64,000 bases of DNA from contig JAIPBX010000002.1 of NCBI GenBank assembly GCA_021738485.1, forward strand, positions 2,395 through 66,394. The letters run 5' to 3'. Numbering within the stretch: the stretch's first letter is position 1; each line of letters begins with the position of its first letter. The notes beneath the pieces were generated by a model, which saw only the letters and a list, made by a program, of their open reading frames with translations, had not been told where the DNA came from and did not search any database. Positions 55,235-64,000 of the stretch are shown one piece after another. The translations under genes and the position numbers were made by a program. The stretch is from Bacteroidales bacterium. GTDB lineage: Bacteria > Bacteroidota > Bacteroidia > Bacteroidales > JAIPAH01.

Positions 55235-55308
55235 AAACAAATTGCAGGAAAGGATAAAAAAGCCGTGGCGATGCCTTCCACAGCTTTTCTATTTCCTGGA
55301 AATGATTT

Positions 55309-55830
55309 TTACTGGCCGCCTTCCTGGCCACCCCCTCCGTGCTGTCCGGATGAGTAGGTTTTACTTCTTTCAATTGATTGCAACGCCAGGTAGTTATCGC
55401 CGTATTTATTCAAATTGTCCGACTCGAGGTCATACTGGTCAAAATGCCGCTCTTCATCATCGACAAGCTGCTCAAACAGGCGTCTGGATGCCGAGTCATT
55501 ATTATCGCTGCACTGACGTCCAAAATCATTGTACATTTCGTAACTCTTCTCTTCCATACCTTTTGCCATGTTCAGCATACCGGTTACTTCTTTTTCTTTT
55601 TCCACCTTCTCTCCTACTACCATTTCCACATCTCCGCCGAGGAAAAGGATTCTTTCAGAGAGTAATTCAACGTGTTGCATCTCTTCAATGGCCGTTTTTT
55701 TAAATAAATCGGCAAGAAGGTCATAGCCTTTGTCATCGCAGTGAAAGTGAAAATACATGTATTGATGCAATGCTCTCAATTCATCAGCGATTGCTTCGTT
55801 TAAAACTTTGATACTTTTTTCTTTATCCAT
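55309..55830 (-). CDS. bfr: Bacterioferritin with short Gly-rich C-terminal extension
   Basis: LNEAIADELRALHQYMYFHF...AIEEMQHVELLSERILFLGG. The ferroxidase-centre Glu/His pattern and the Met at the heme-ligand position are present. Tail is SGQHGGGGQEGGQ. Confidence 0.8.
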   Translation of the reverse strand: MDKEKSIKVLNEAIADELRALHQYMYFHFHCDDKGYDLLADLFKKTAIEEMQHVELLSERILFLGGDVEMVVGEKVEKEKEVTGMLNMAKGMEEKSYEMYNDFGRQCSDNNDSASRRLFEQLVDDEERHFDQYDLESDNLNKYGDNYLALQSIERSKTYSSGQHGGGGQEGGQ

Positions 55831-55972
55831 AATCTAATCGTTGGTTTTTATTTTGATGATAAAATTAAGAAAAAACTGTTAGTAATAAAACGGCGAACCA
55901 TGAATGATTCGCCATTTGAAATTTGTGCGTTGTCATTTTATTTTGTCAACTTCATATCATACAACCACAAAA

Positions 55973-56290
55973 TCATCCCTCCTCGCTATTTTCTCTCTTA
56001 TAGCCCCGTTTAAAATTTTGACTGATCTTGTCAAGCCGATCTCTGAATATTTTGGCCGATTGTTCGAAGGCTTCTTTTAATTCTTTGGCAGAACCTTCTG
56101 TAGCTTGTTGTAAATCGTTGTATTTGATTTGCAAATCATCCCGCAATTTTCGGGCTTCATCCATTTCCCTTTTTAATTCGAGCTTACGGGTTTCACTTGC
56201 ATTCTTAAATTTATCCTCCAGCGCTTCAAGTTTATCAAATAATGCGTCAATACGTTTTTTCGTATTCTCTCTTAGTTCCTGTTTATCCAT
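55973..56290 (-). CDS. Hypothetical small coiled-coil protein
   Basis: 105-aa ORF, highly charged with heptad-like periodicity, and no TM helix or signal. No family recognised. Confidence 0.5.
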   Translation of the reverse strand: MDKQELRENTKKRIDALFDKLEALEDKFKNASETRKLELKREMDEARKLRDDLQIKYNDLQQATEGSAKELKEAFEQSAKIFRDRLDKISQNFKRGYKRENSEEG

Positions 56291-56511
56291 GATAATATAT
56301 TTTTAATAAGTTTCCATTTAACAAACTCCTAATATACCTATTTTTTTCGGATTTTCAAAATTTCGTTTTTCTAAACTTACCTGCAACATATCCCTATTAA
56401 TGGGACACATAGAGACAACCTTAGCATGCTTGTTATAGTTATCTTTTAGATGTTTTTTTTGTTATAAATATATTTTCCTATTTTTAACGCCCTAACTACT
56501 AAAACTACTCT

Positions 56512-57903
56512 ATGGAAGAACTTTTACAAGCTATTGAAAACGGAATAAAGACCTATAATGAATATGTAGGTGGATATGCTTTATTGATCCTTTTAATTCC
56601 TACGGGTATTATTTTTGCCATAAAGTACAAATTCCTTCATCTTACGAAATTACGTCATTCTATCAATGTTATTCGAGGGAAATTTGACAACAAAAAAGAC
56701 CAGGGAGATGTCAACCATTTCGGCGCCTTAACCACGGCGCTTTCTGCTACGGTAGGTACCGGAAACATTGTTGGGGTAGCCTTAGCCATATACTGGGGCG
56801 GTCCGGGAGCTATATTCTGGATGTGGGTAACAGGCATTTTCGGTATGATGCTTAAATTCGTGGAATGTACACTATCTATGAAATTCCGGCATATAAATAA
56901 AGATGGTAGTGTTTCCGGGGGGCCAATGTATTATATGGAATACGGGCTTAAAAATAAACTCGGCAAATTTGCGAAGGTACTGGCGGTGGTCTTTGCAGCA
57001 GCCACCATGATATGCTCTCTCGGCACAGGCAATATGGCCCAGTCCAATTCTATTTCCGATGCACTGGTGACCAATTACGGAATACCGGTATGGTCCACCG
57101 GTTTAGTATTAACCGGTTTGGTGCTGCTGGTCATTGTCGGTGGAATAAAGCGGATTGCTGAGGTAACCATACGGTTGGTCCCATTTATGGCCATTGTTTA
57201 TTTGATCAGTTCACTGGCGGTTATTCTCTTCAATTACCAGGATGTGCCTCAGGCATTCGCCCTTATTTTCACCGATGCCTTTACAGGAACCGCTGCCACA
57301 GGAGGTTTTGCAGGCTCAACATTTATGCTGACATTGCTGTGGGGGGTTCGCCGTGGACTATTCTCCAATGAAGCCGGACAAGGCTCCGCCGCCATTGCTC
57401 ACGCTGCTGCCAGAACCAAACACCCCGTAAGAGAGGGCCTGGTGGCTTCCGTAGGGCCGCTGGTAGATACTCTTATCATATGTACCCTTACCGCTTTACT
57501 CATTGTCGTAACCGGTGCCTGGAAAGAGGACGCTCAAGGGGTGGAAATGACCATTATCGGGCTTTCCAAAGGGCTGACCAATATAGGTATTGCACATACA
57601 GGACGGCATATCATTGGTGCTGGACTTCTCCTTTTTGCTTTTTCCACCATGATTAGCTGGTCATACTATGGCTCAAGAGCAGCCAATTACCTGATGGGCG
57701 AAAAGGCCATTAAACCTTTTAGGTATGTTTTCGGGCTTTTTGTCTTCCTGGGAGCTATTGGTGAGATTGATATTGTCTGGCACTTTGTAGATATGGTGAT
57801 AACCTTTATGACCATTCCTAATCTTATTGCATTATTACTGTTGGCGCCGGTAGTTACGAAGGAGATTAAAAAATACTTTACCGAATTCAAAGAACTTGCC
57901 TGA
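56512..57903 (+). CDS. Alanine/glycine:cation symporter (AGCS family)
   Basis: GALTTALSATVGTGNIVGVALAI, GPGAIFWMW, FSNEAGQGSAAIAHAAA are canonical AGCS motifs. Confidence 0.9.
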   Translation: MEELLQAIENGIKTYNEYVGGYALLILLIPTGIIFAIKYKFLHLTKLRHSINVIRGKFDNKKDQGDVNHFGALTTALSATVGTGNIVGVALAIYWGGPGAIFWMWVTGIFGMMLKFVECTLSMKFRHINKDGSVSGGPMYYMEYGLKNKLGKFAKVLAVVFAAATMICSLGTGNMAQSNSISDALVTNYGIPVWSTGLVLTGLVLLVIVGGIKRIAEVTIRLVPFMAIVYLISSLAVILFNYQDVPQAFALIFTDAFTGTAATGGFAGSTFMLTLLWGVRRGLFSNEAGQGSAAIAHAAARTKHPVREGLVASVGPLVDTLIICTLTALLIVVTGAWKEDAQGVEMTIIGLSKGLTNIGIAHTGRHIIGAGLLLFAFSTMISWSYYGSRAANYLMGEKAIKPFRYVFGLFVFLGAIGEIDIVWHFVDMVITFMTIPNLIALLLLAPVVTKEIKKYFTEFKELA

Positions 57904-58057
57904 CAGGCTTAAAATTTTATGGTGATAATGCTTCCGGGAAATCCCGGAAGCATTATTTTTTTGACTAAAAAATTCAGGTACCTTATGCGTTTGAACATAA
58001 ATGGTTTATAAGTGTTTAAATAGTTGTTGAATTTATAAAACAAAAAAAGATAAAACC

Positions 58058-58444
58058 ATGAATTATTTTCATAACCGAGTTTACAACGACAATTTTGAAA
58101 ATACGGAAGCAAAAATTACTGAAGCTCTGAAAGAACGAGGTTTTGGTATTATCACTTCGGTAGATGTGACGAACACGTTTAAGGAGAAGCTTAACAAGGA
58201 TTTTAGAAAATATAAAATCCTGGGCGCCTGTAATCCTGAAAATGCCTACAAAGCAATTAATGCCGAGGACAAGATAGGCTTAATGTTGCCTTGCAATGTG
58301 ATTGTTCAGGAGAAAGATGAGAACCACACTGAAATTGCGGCTGTCGATCCGGTAGCTTCCATGCAGGCTGTTGAAAACAACAAGTTACAGCCTATAGCCG
58401 AAACTATAAGGGATTCATTGAAGGAAGCCATTGACGCCGCATAA
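58058..58444 (+). CDS. DUF302 domain protein
   Basis: 128 aa. GFGIITSVDVTNTFKEKL...YKILGACNP...LPCNVIV pattern. Confidence 0.7.
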   Translation: MNYFHNRVYNDNFENTEAKITEALKERGFGIITSVDVTNTFKEKLNKDFRKYKILGACNPENAYKAINAEDKIGLMLPCNVIVQEKDENHTEIAAVDPVASMQAVENNKLQPIAETIRDSLKEAIDAA

Positions 58445-58488
58445 CATCTTTTGGATGATTTTATAGCTAAGACTCTTTATTAGTAAAA

Positions 58489-58526
58489 TAAATGGGATGG
58501 CTGCTCTGCAGCGGTCCCATTTTTAT
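58489..58526 (+). terminator. Intrinsic terminator after the DUF302 gene
   Basis: AATGGGA-tg-GCTGC-tct-GCAGC-gg-TCCCATT followed by TTTTATTT. Confidence 0.65.
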
Positions 58527-58628
58527 TTGGAAACATATTCCCTTGGCCTTTTATCATCAAGTGTCAGCTTGGGATTTTTGATTTTGAAAATTCTACGTTT
58601 TAGAGAGTATTCAAAAAATAGCAGAATA

Positions 58629-59474
58629 TCACTTTAAGAATTTTTTATGATATTCAATCACCTCGTCTATTGGATCTTTAAGAATTTTATGCACCTTATA
58701 CCCATAGGATGCCGCTACATTTTTAAATACATCCCCGTGCAACCAGGCGATACTACCGGAAACTCCCAAATTAGTATATTCTTTTACAGAAACCCGGGCG
58801 ATGATATGATCAAAAAAAGCCTGAAACGATTTTTCCAGTAGCTGACCAATATAAGGTTCTTCCTTGTGTTTTGCGGCAAAGGGTCCAAAAGAAGCCAGCG
58901 TTTTACCGGATGGTTGTTTATGAATAAATGTGACAACTTCTGATTTATCCCCCGGCAAGCTATTGCTGAATTCCTCGCTCAGATTTTTCGGCATCCGCTC
59001 TTCCAGGTAATCCTTTAACAAAAGCTTCCCGATATGCGCTCCGCTGCCTTCATCTCCTAAAAGATACCCAAGGTTAACAGGTTGAAATTCCACCTTATGA
59101 TTGCTATAAAATCCCGCGTTGGAACCGGTGCCCAAAATAGCGACCACACCGTCTTGATCGCCCAGCATTGCTCTACCGGCACCTGTCAGGTCAGTATGCA
59201 GGTTAATAACCATTTCAGGAAAAAAATGATTGAGGTGCTTCTTCAAGTCACTGTGAATTACTTTGTTGGATACACCCGTGCTATAAAAATACATCTCTCC
59301 CTCGCGTTTGTCGGGGATTTGTTGCTGCGCCTGTCTTAGTGTATCTTGTATGGATTCATCGGCAGAATAGCGGGGACTAAACCCTTTCATTTCAAAATAA
59401 TCTTCACTGGCCTTCGCGGGGTCATAAAACCACCACCTCGACGTTGTGGCACCATGGTCTACCACAACAATCAT
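58629..59474 (-). CDS. BadF/BadG/BcrA/BcrD-type ATPase (N-acetylglucosamine kinase-like)
   Basis: MIVVVDHGATTSRW, AILGTGSNAG, GYLLGDEGSGAHIG. Overlaps the dgkA stop by 4 nt. Confidence 0.75.
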   Translation of the reverse strand: MIVVVDHGATTSRWWFYDPAKASEDYFEMKGFSPRYSADESIQDTLRQAQQQIPDKREGEMYFYSTGVSNKVIHSDLKKHLNHFFPEMVINLHTDLTGAGRAMLGDQDGVVAILGTGSNAGFYSNHKVEFQPVNLGYLLGDEGSGAHIGKLLLKDYLEERMPKNLSEEFSNSLPGDKSEVVTFIHKQPSGKTLASFGPFAAKHKEEPYIGQLLEKSFQAFFDHIIARVSVKEYTNLGVSGSIAWLHGDVFKNVAASYGYKVHKILKDPIDEVIEYHKKFLK

Positions 59475-59842
59475 AAAGCAGCAATTTTAGGCAGAAAAAT
59501 CACCAACCCCGTGATAAAGGCCGCAATGGCTGCTATAAGGACAGCTCCCGCTGCGATATCCTTAACCCTACCGATATTTTGATTATGCTCCGGGTAGTAA
59601 GAATCCAAAAATGTCTCCAATGCAGTATTTACAACCTCCAAAGCCAATACCAGTCCGGAAACGCCGATGATGGCCAGCCATTCAAAACGGCTGATACATA
59701 AAACAAATCCCAATGCCACAGCAATACCCATTAATGCAAGCTGAATCCACAAATTATGTTGCGTTCTTAAAGCAAAGAATAATCCTTTGAAAGCATTCCC
59801 AAAGCTTCTAAAACGTTTGTTTAGTGAAAATCTTTGGTTCAT
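59471..59842 (-). CDS. dgkA: Prokaryotic diacylglycerol kinase / undecaprenol kinase family
   Basis: 123 aa, three TM helices. The sequence FRSFGNAFKGL...EVVNTALETFLD...KDIAAGAVL is the typical DAGK_prokar pattern. Confidence 0.8.
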   Translation of the reverse strand: MNQRFSLNKRFRSFGNAFKGLFFALRTQHNLWIQLALMGIAVALGFVLCISRFEWLAIIGVSGLVLALEVVNTALETFLDSYYPEHNQNIGRVKDIAAGAVLIAAIAAFITGLVIFLPKIAAL

Positions 59843-62280
59843 CAGCCTGTATTTTGATTATTAAAAACTTGTTCGTAATCCAAATAATAAAGGATTTTCA
59901 GAGAGAAGGAATTCGTATAAGGAGATGTAATGGTACGTTCAAAATTTTCGAAATAATTTGATACAGATTCATCACTTTCTTTGTATATGGCATTTTTCCA
60001 TACGAAAGTCATTTCGCTTCCCGGAGCAAACCGCCACGAATAGGTCATATCCAGGTTAAAGATGTTCGTTGTAAAATCTTCATTTTCGTTATGATTTGAA
60101 TTCTCCAGGGTTCCGTCTTTCTGCAGGGTGTAAAAATCATTATAGTCCACCTGCAGCCAATAATGTCTTACCCTTAAATCCAGGGCAATTTTATTGGTAA
60201 AGATGTAGCTGGTGTTTAAGGTGTTGGTGATATTCTTTCGGTTCCTTTTCCCGAATGTAATTTGCAAATCCTCCCCTTCCATTCCATTATCCGTCACATA
60301 ACCAATCTCATTTTTGGCCAGATTAAATTCAAAGTTATGCTGCATTGTAAAATGATCATTAAACCGCAGGCGAGGACCTAATTCCAAATAAAAATTCTTT
60401 CTTTCATATTTTGCCCCATATCCATATTGCGCTGAAACATCGACCAAAAAGCTTTGACGGTAATCCGGTGAAAACCTGAAACCATAATCGGCATATTCAT
60501 AGGTTTTCACTTTCCAGCCTTCATTACGCGGCTCAAAATAATCATAACCGGGAACCGGCTTTATCCATGTATCAATACTAATGTAGTTATGATTTCGTGT
60601 GGTAGTTCTTGATCGCACCCACATGCTAAATTCAGTAAATTCGCGGGGTTTATATAACTGATTATAGTAAAACTGAACATCGTTATACCAATGTAAAAAC
60701 CGGCTAAAAGATTCATAAACATCATAATCAAAAGCCAAAGAATTGCTAAACTCATTGTTATTCCGCAGAAATCCCATGTCATTCGGGTCGTAATCATCCC
60801 CTTCTACATTCTGAATAACCCTGAATTTAAAATTGCCGCTCACTTTGCCGAGTTCCAGTCTGTATTTATGCCCAAAATCATTTTTATCGTCAAAAATGTA
60901 TTTTTGGCTCAAGCTTCCCTTTCCGGCAATAGAATAAAGGTTGTTCTTATCCGTCAGCCTGAAATCAAGAGCGCTCACATTGGCCGTGTAATAGTCTGTC
61001 CCACGGTAAACATTCGTATTAGAAAAACTAACAAAGGAATTTTCATTCAAACCCTGGTCAACCAAAACCATGTTATAGTTGGTAAAGGGAGCTGTTTCCA
61101 CATGTCTTTTCTCTCCGGTTAGCGTATCCTTCAGGGTTGCTTCGGTATGGGCTGTCATAGCATTGAGAAATCCCAGGCCCAGGCCGTTGGAAGTTTTCCC
61201 GGATATTTTGGAAGCATTAATCAGTTGGGGTTTATCGGGATTCTCCACCACCTTTTCATGCTGATGGGTTTTATCATCCACCTCATCATAACCTATCGGC
61301 TCATCGCCAATCCGCCGGCTATAAAAGATACCGCTTTTATTGAAAAGCTCGGTCCCTTCCTTAAAAAAGGGTCGCTTTTCCGAATAATGTGTTTCAAAAG
61401 GTGAGAGATTCACGATTTTATCGTCCGATTGCACCTGTCCGAAGTCGGGAATGAGGATCATGTCGAGGGTAAAACTCTCATTAATACCAATTTTTAAATC
61501 CATACCTCCTTTGTAACTGTATTCCCAGGCATTCTCCTCTGAAAAATAATCGGCATATCCCGAAACATAGGGCATGACAGACAACCGTAGCGGAGGTTCG
61601 ATATTTTTTATTCCCTCCAGCTTACCGAATTGGTTGTTCCTTCCGGAGGTTTCCGGATTCATATGATTCCATACCGTCATTTCCCTATGCCGACGGATAA
61701 GACGGTAAAACTGAAGCCCCCAGGTTTGCACCTCTTTGTTGGGGATTCTCAATGCGGAATAAGGGATACGAAATTCAGCTACCCATCCCTCATTGTCTAT
61801 ATTTACTGCGCTTTTCCACACAGCATCCCATGTCCTGTCTTCCCCGCTGTCTTTGATCGACTTTTTATCCACCTGCACTCCGGAAGCGGTCACAAAAAAG
61901 CCATAGGCATTTTTTGCGTCATTATAAGGGTCGAGATATATTCCGCAGTAAGAGGTATTTTTGATATTGTCTCTTTTACTTAGTTCGGTAAGAATAGAAT
62001 CAGGATAAGGATCATGCATACGAGCGCCAATATATATGGCGTTATCCGTGTATACATATTTTACAGTGGTACGGAACCTTGCATCCGATCCTCCTTCATA
62101 AGGACTATACTGAAAAAAATCTTTGCTTTCCGGGGCTTTCTCCCATACTTCTTCATCGAGTTTCCCGTCTATTGCTGGTTGTTGTTCGGTTTTTATGGCT
62201 TTTGCTGTCTTTTTCTCCTGTGAATATGCTGTTTGTATAATTAACAGTACTAATATTAATACAAAAAATCTTCTGTACAT
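59842..62280 (-). CDS. Large secreted or outer-membrane protein: CBM9-like N-terminal domain plus beta-rich DUF5916-like region
   Basis: Signal peptide. AIDGKLDEEVWEKAPESKDFFQYSPYEG is the CBM9-like start. The rest is aromatic-rich with alternating beta-strand character. Confidence 0.6.
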   Translation of the reverse strand: MYRRFFVLILVLLIIQTAYSQEKKTAKAIKTEQQPAIDGKLDEEVWEKAPESKDFFQYSPYEGGSDARFRTTVKYVYTDNAIYIGARMHDPYPDSILTELSKRDNIKNTSYCGIYLDPYNDAKNAYGFFVTASGVQVDKKSIKDSGEDRTWDAVWKSAVNIDNEGWVAEFRIPYSALRIPNKEVQTWGLQFYRLIRRHREMTVWNHMNPETSGRNNQFGKLEGIKNIEPPLRLSVMPYVSGYADYFSEENAWEYSYKGGMDLKIGINESFTLDMILIPDFGQVQSDDKIVNLSPFETHYSEKRPFFKEGTELFNKSGIFYSRRIGDEPIGYDEVDDKTHQHEKVVENPDKPQLINASKISGKTSNGLGLGFLNAMTAHTEATLKDTLTGEKRHVETAPFTNYNMVLVDQGLNENSFVSFSNTNVYRGTDYYTANVSALDFRLTDKNNLYSIAGKGSLSQKYIFDDKNDFGHKYRLELGKVSGNFKFRVIQNVEGDDYDPNDMGFLRNNNEFSNSLAFDYDVYESFSRFLHWYNDVQFYYNQLYKPREFTEFSMWVRSRTTTRNHNYISIDTWIKPVPGYDYFEPRNEGWKVKTYEYADYGFRFSPDYRQSFLVDVSAQYGYGAKYERKNFYLELGPRLRFNDHFTMQHNFEFNLAKNEIGYVTDNGMEGEDLQITFGKRNRKNITNTLNTSYIFTNKIALDLRVRHYWLQVDYNDFYTLQKDGTLENSNHNENEDFTTNIFNLDMTYSWRFAPGSEMTFVWKNAIYKESDESVSNYFENFERTITSPYTNSFSLKILYYLDYEQVFNNQNTG

Positions 62281-62297
62281 CTCTTTCTTTTAATCCG

Positions 62298-62804
62298 TTA
62301 CTCCTTCAATAAATCCTTGTAAATCGTATAATTCTCCTCATCAAAACAGACAAAAAACAATTTCTCTAAATTAGTTTCATGATGTTCCTGATATTCTTTA
62401 ACTGCTTTCAGAGCAATTTCAGCGGCTTTTCGCTTAGGAAAGCCATAGACGCCGGTACTGATATTGGGGAAGGCTACGGAAGATAACCGGAGTTCATTGG
62501 CTTTTTTCAGGCTTTCGTGATAGCATGCAGCCAGCAGTTGTTCTTCATTTTGCGTACCGCCTTTCCAAACCGGCCCAACGGTATGGATAACAAAATCAGC
62601 AGGGAGCTTATATCCTTTCGTTACTTTCGCCTGGCCGGTAGGACATCCGTCAAGCGTTTTACATTCCTCTTTCAATTCAGGCCCTGCAGCACGATGGATA
62701 GCACCGTCTACTCCTCCTCCACCGAGAAGCGATTCGTTAGCTGCATTCACTATGGCATCGACCTTTTGTTTGGTGATATCGTCGCGAATCACTGAAACTT
62801 TCAT
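62298..62804 (-). CDS. Macro domain protein (O-acetyl-ADP-ribose deacetylase, YmdB-like)
   Basis: DAIVNAANESLLGGGGVDGAIHRAAG, VIHTVGPVW, SVAFPNISTGVYGFP. Confidence 0.9.
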   Translation of the reverse strand: MKVSVIRDDITKQKVDAIVNAANESLLGGGGVDGAIHRAAGPELKEECKTLDGCPTGQAKVTKGYKLPADFVIHTVGPVWKGGTQNEEQLLAACYHESLKKANELRLSSVAFPNISTGVYGFPKRKAAEIALKAVKEYQEHHETNLEKLFFVCFDEENYTIYKDLLKE

Positions 62805-62864
62805 AGAACCAAATTTTGCTTCAAAGGTAATATAAAATTAACAATTTGTTAGCATTTGCAGGCA

Positions 62865-64000
62865 TCAGGCGTCTCTCCTGTCTTCTACGGTAATACCCAT
62901 TCGTTTCATCAAAAAGGTAGCATTCAAATTTCTGGCTACACCTTTTCTAAGTTTATAATCAAAATGGAGGGCCTTTTCGTCAATTTCAATTTCAAAACAA
63001 TAATTCTGAATAAACTCTGGAAATTCGCCGGCCAGGCCGCCCACAGCCAGGTCATGGGTGGCTATGGCCCCGGAGGTTTTATATCGCAGCAGTTGCCGTA
63101 ACAAAGCCAGGCTCCCTTTTCGCTTATCTTCCGAGTTGGTCCCCTTCAGAATTTCGTCCAGAAGAAGGAATAACTTTTCCCCGCTTTCAAGCCGCTGAAT
63201 AATATCTCTTAATTTCTTTAATTCTGCATAAAACAAGCTTTCGTTTTCCTGCAAAGAGTCATCACTGCGTATGCTTGTTACCAGGGTCATAGGTGAAAAC
63301 CGGAAAGAACCGGCACAAACCGGATTACCGGACATTGCCAGGATAAGGTTAATACCAATGGTACGAAGATACGTACTTTTTCCGGCCATATTCCCTCCTG
63401 TAATCACTTTAAATTCTCCCCAGGCGGTGTAATCCACCGGGTTATCGACTCTCTTCCGGGAATTGATAAAAGGATGACCTGCATTGGTGGCCTGTATCAG
63501 CACTTGCTCCGTAGGTTCGGGGAAGGCATAACCGGGATGGTTGTAATAAAAAGTGGCTTGCGAAACGATGACTTCCACTTCGTTGATAACGTGGAGGTAC
63601 CTTTCTACCTGGGCGGCATGTTGTTCTTTCCAGAACTCAAGTTTTCTGACCATTCGAATATCCCATAAAAACAAAACATTCATAATAATGCCGGCAATCA
63701 GGTTCAACCGGTAATCAATCTGTTCAAGAATCGCACTCAGACTCTGAATCGTGACAGAGGCTTTTTTTCCACCGGATTGTGTACTGTGCTGGAATTGTTG
63801 CATTTGTTCCGATTTCCACTTCTCAGTTTCCAGGTATTCCAGTAGCATGCGGTACTGTTGAAGCTTTTTTGTCTGCTTACCCAATTTATTATGAATCAGT
63901 GTGATAGTGTTTAAATACATGGCTGTAACCCCAATAGGAAATACCAGGACATAGAGCACAAAAAGACTGAAGCTAACGATACCGGCAACAGTCAAAGCAA
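62865..64000 (-). CDS. MutS-related ATPase (MutS domain V) with membrane-spanning N-terminal part; 5' end lies off the window
   Basis: Walker A GGNMAGKSTYLRTIG, LLDEILKGTNSEDK, ATHD. TM-like segments sit near the window edge. The frame remains open to base 64000, and the TTG start in the ORF track is an artefact. Confidence 0.8.
   Translation of the reverse strand, partial: ALTVAGIVSFSLFVLYVLVFPIGVTAMYLNTITLIHNKLGKQTKKLQQYRMLLEYLETEKWKSEQMQQFQHSTQSGGKKASVTIQSLSAILEQIDYRLNLIAGIIMNVLFLWDIRMVRKLEFWKEQHAAQVERYLHVINEVEVIVSQATFYYNHPGYAFPEPTEQVLIQATNAGHPFINSRKRVDNPVDYTAWGEFKVITGGNMAGKSTYLRTIGINLILAMSGNPVCAGSFRFSPMTLVTSIRSDDSLQENESLFYAELKKLRDIIQRLESGEKLFLLLDEILKGTNSEDKRKGSLALLRQLLRYKTSGAIATHDLAVGGLAGEFPEFIQNYCFEIEIDEKALHFDYKLRKGVARNLNATFLMKRMGITVEDRRDA

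Noticed and set aside
1-64000. I searched for CRISPR arrays, rRNA/tRNA genes, and classic defence or toxin-antitoxin modules.
   Set aside because: I saw no regularly spaced direct repeats, no tRNA- or rRNA-like conserved segments, and no recognisable restriction, Cas, Abi or toxin-antitoxin proteins in the translations.

Overview
This is a 64-kb chromosomal window that looks like a Bacteroidota genome. Three proteins carry T9SS-type C-terminal sorting domains, several genes have TAnnTTTG -7 promoter boxes, and Shine-Dalgarno sites are largely absent. All calls come from reading motifs in the supplied translations and the DNA; no database search was possible. I call about 52 CDS, with no rRNA, tRNA, CRISPR array, transposase or integrase. 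Housekeeping genes (mutL, uvrB, ndk, trmD, rplS, a PFK, bfr, dgkA) flank three regions of interest. (1) At 1.0-7.8 kb on the minus strand, a clear cobalamin riboswitch drives a BtuFCD-like ABC importer. The operon continues, translationally coupled, into a T9SS-secreted endonuclease/exonuclease/phosphatase (EEP) protein and a lipoprotein amidohydrolase. (2) At 7.9-14.0 kb, a tightly packed mutL operon carries two rhomboid proteases and two membrane-anchored EEP paralogs. (3) At 16.3-39.7 kb, 18 genes lie on the same strand in a Wzx/Wzy-type exopolysaccharide locus, which is the best candidate for an undescribed system. It opens with a stand-alone receiver and a priming sugar transferase fused to a pseudo-receiver that has Glu at the phospho-acceptor position. 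Where a Wza/OPX exporter would be expected, it has a half-length TolC-like outer-membrane protein coupled to a Wzc-like co-polymerase carrying two LysM domains. It also contains two synthase-like GT2 enzymes, tandemly duplicated glycosyltransferases, a T9SS-secreted beta-helix protein and a zinc-ribbon methyltransferase. It ends with two hybrid histidine kinases, the second with Tyr in place of the H-box histidine. No Hpt domain and no DNA-binding output domain is visible anywhere in the locus. Other items are a 760-bp ORF-free AT-rich gap, an RCK-domain gene remnant and several conserved but uncharacterised operons.
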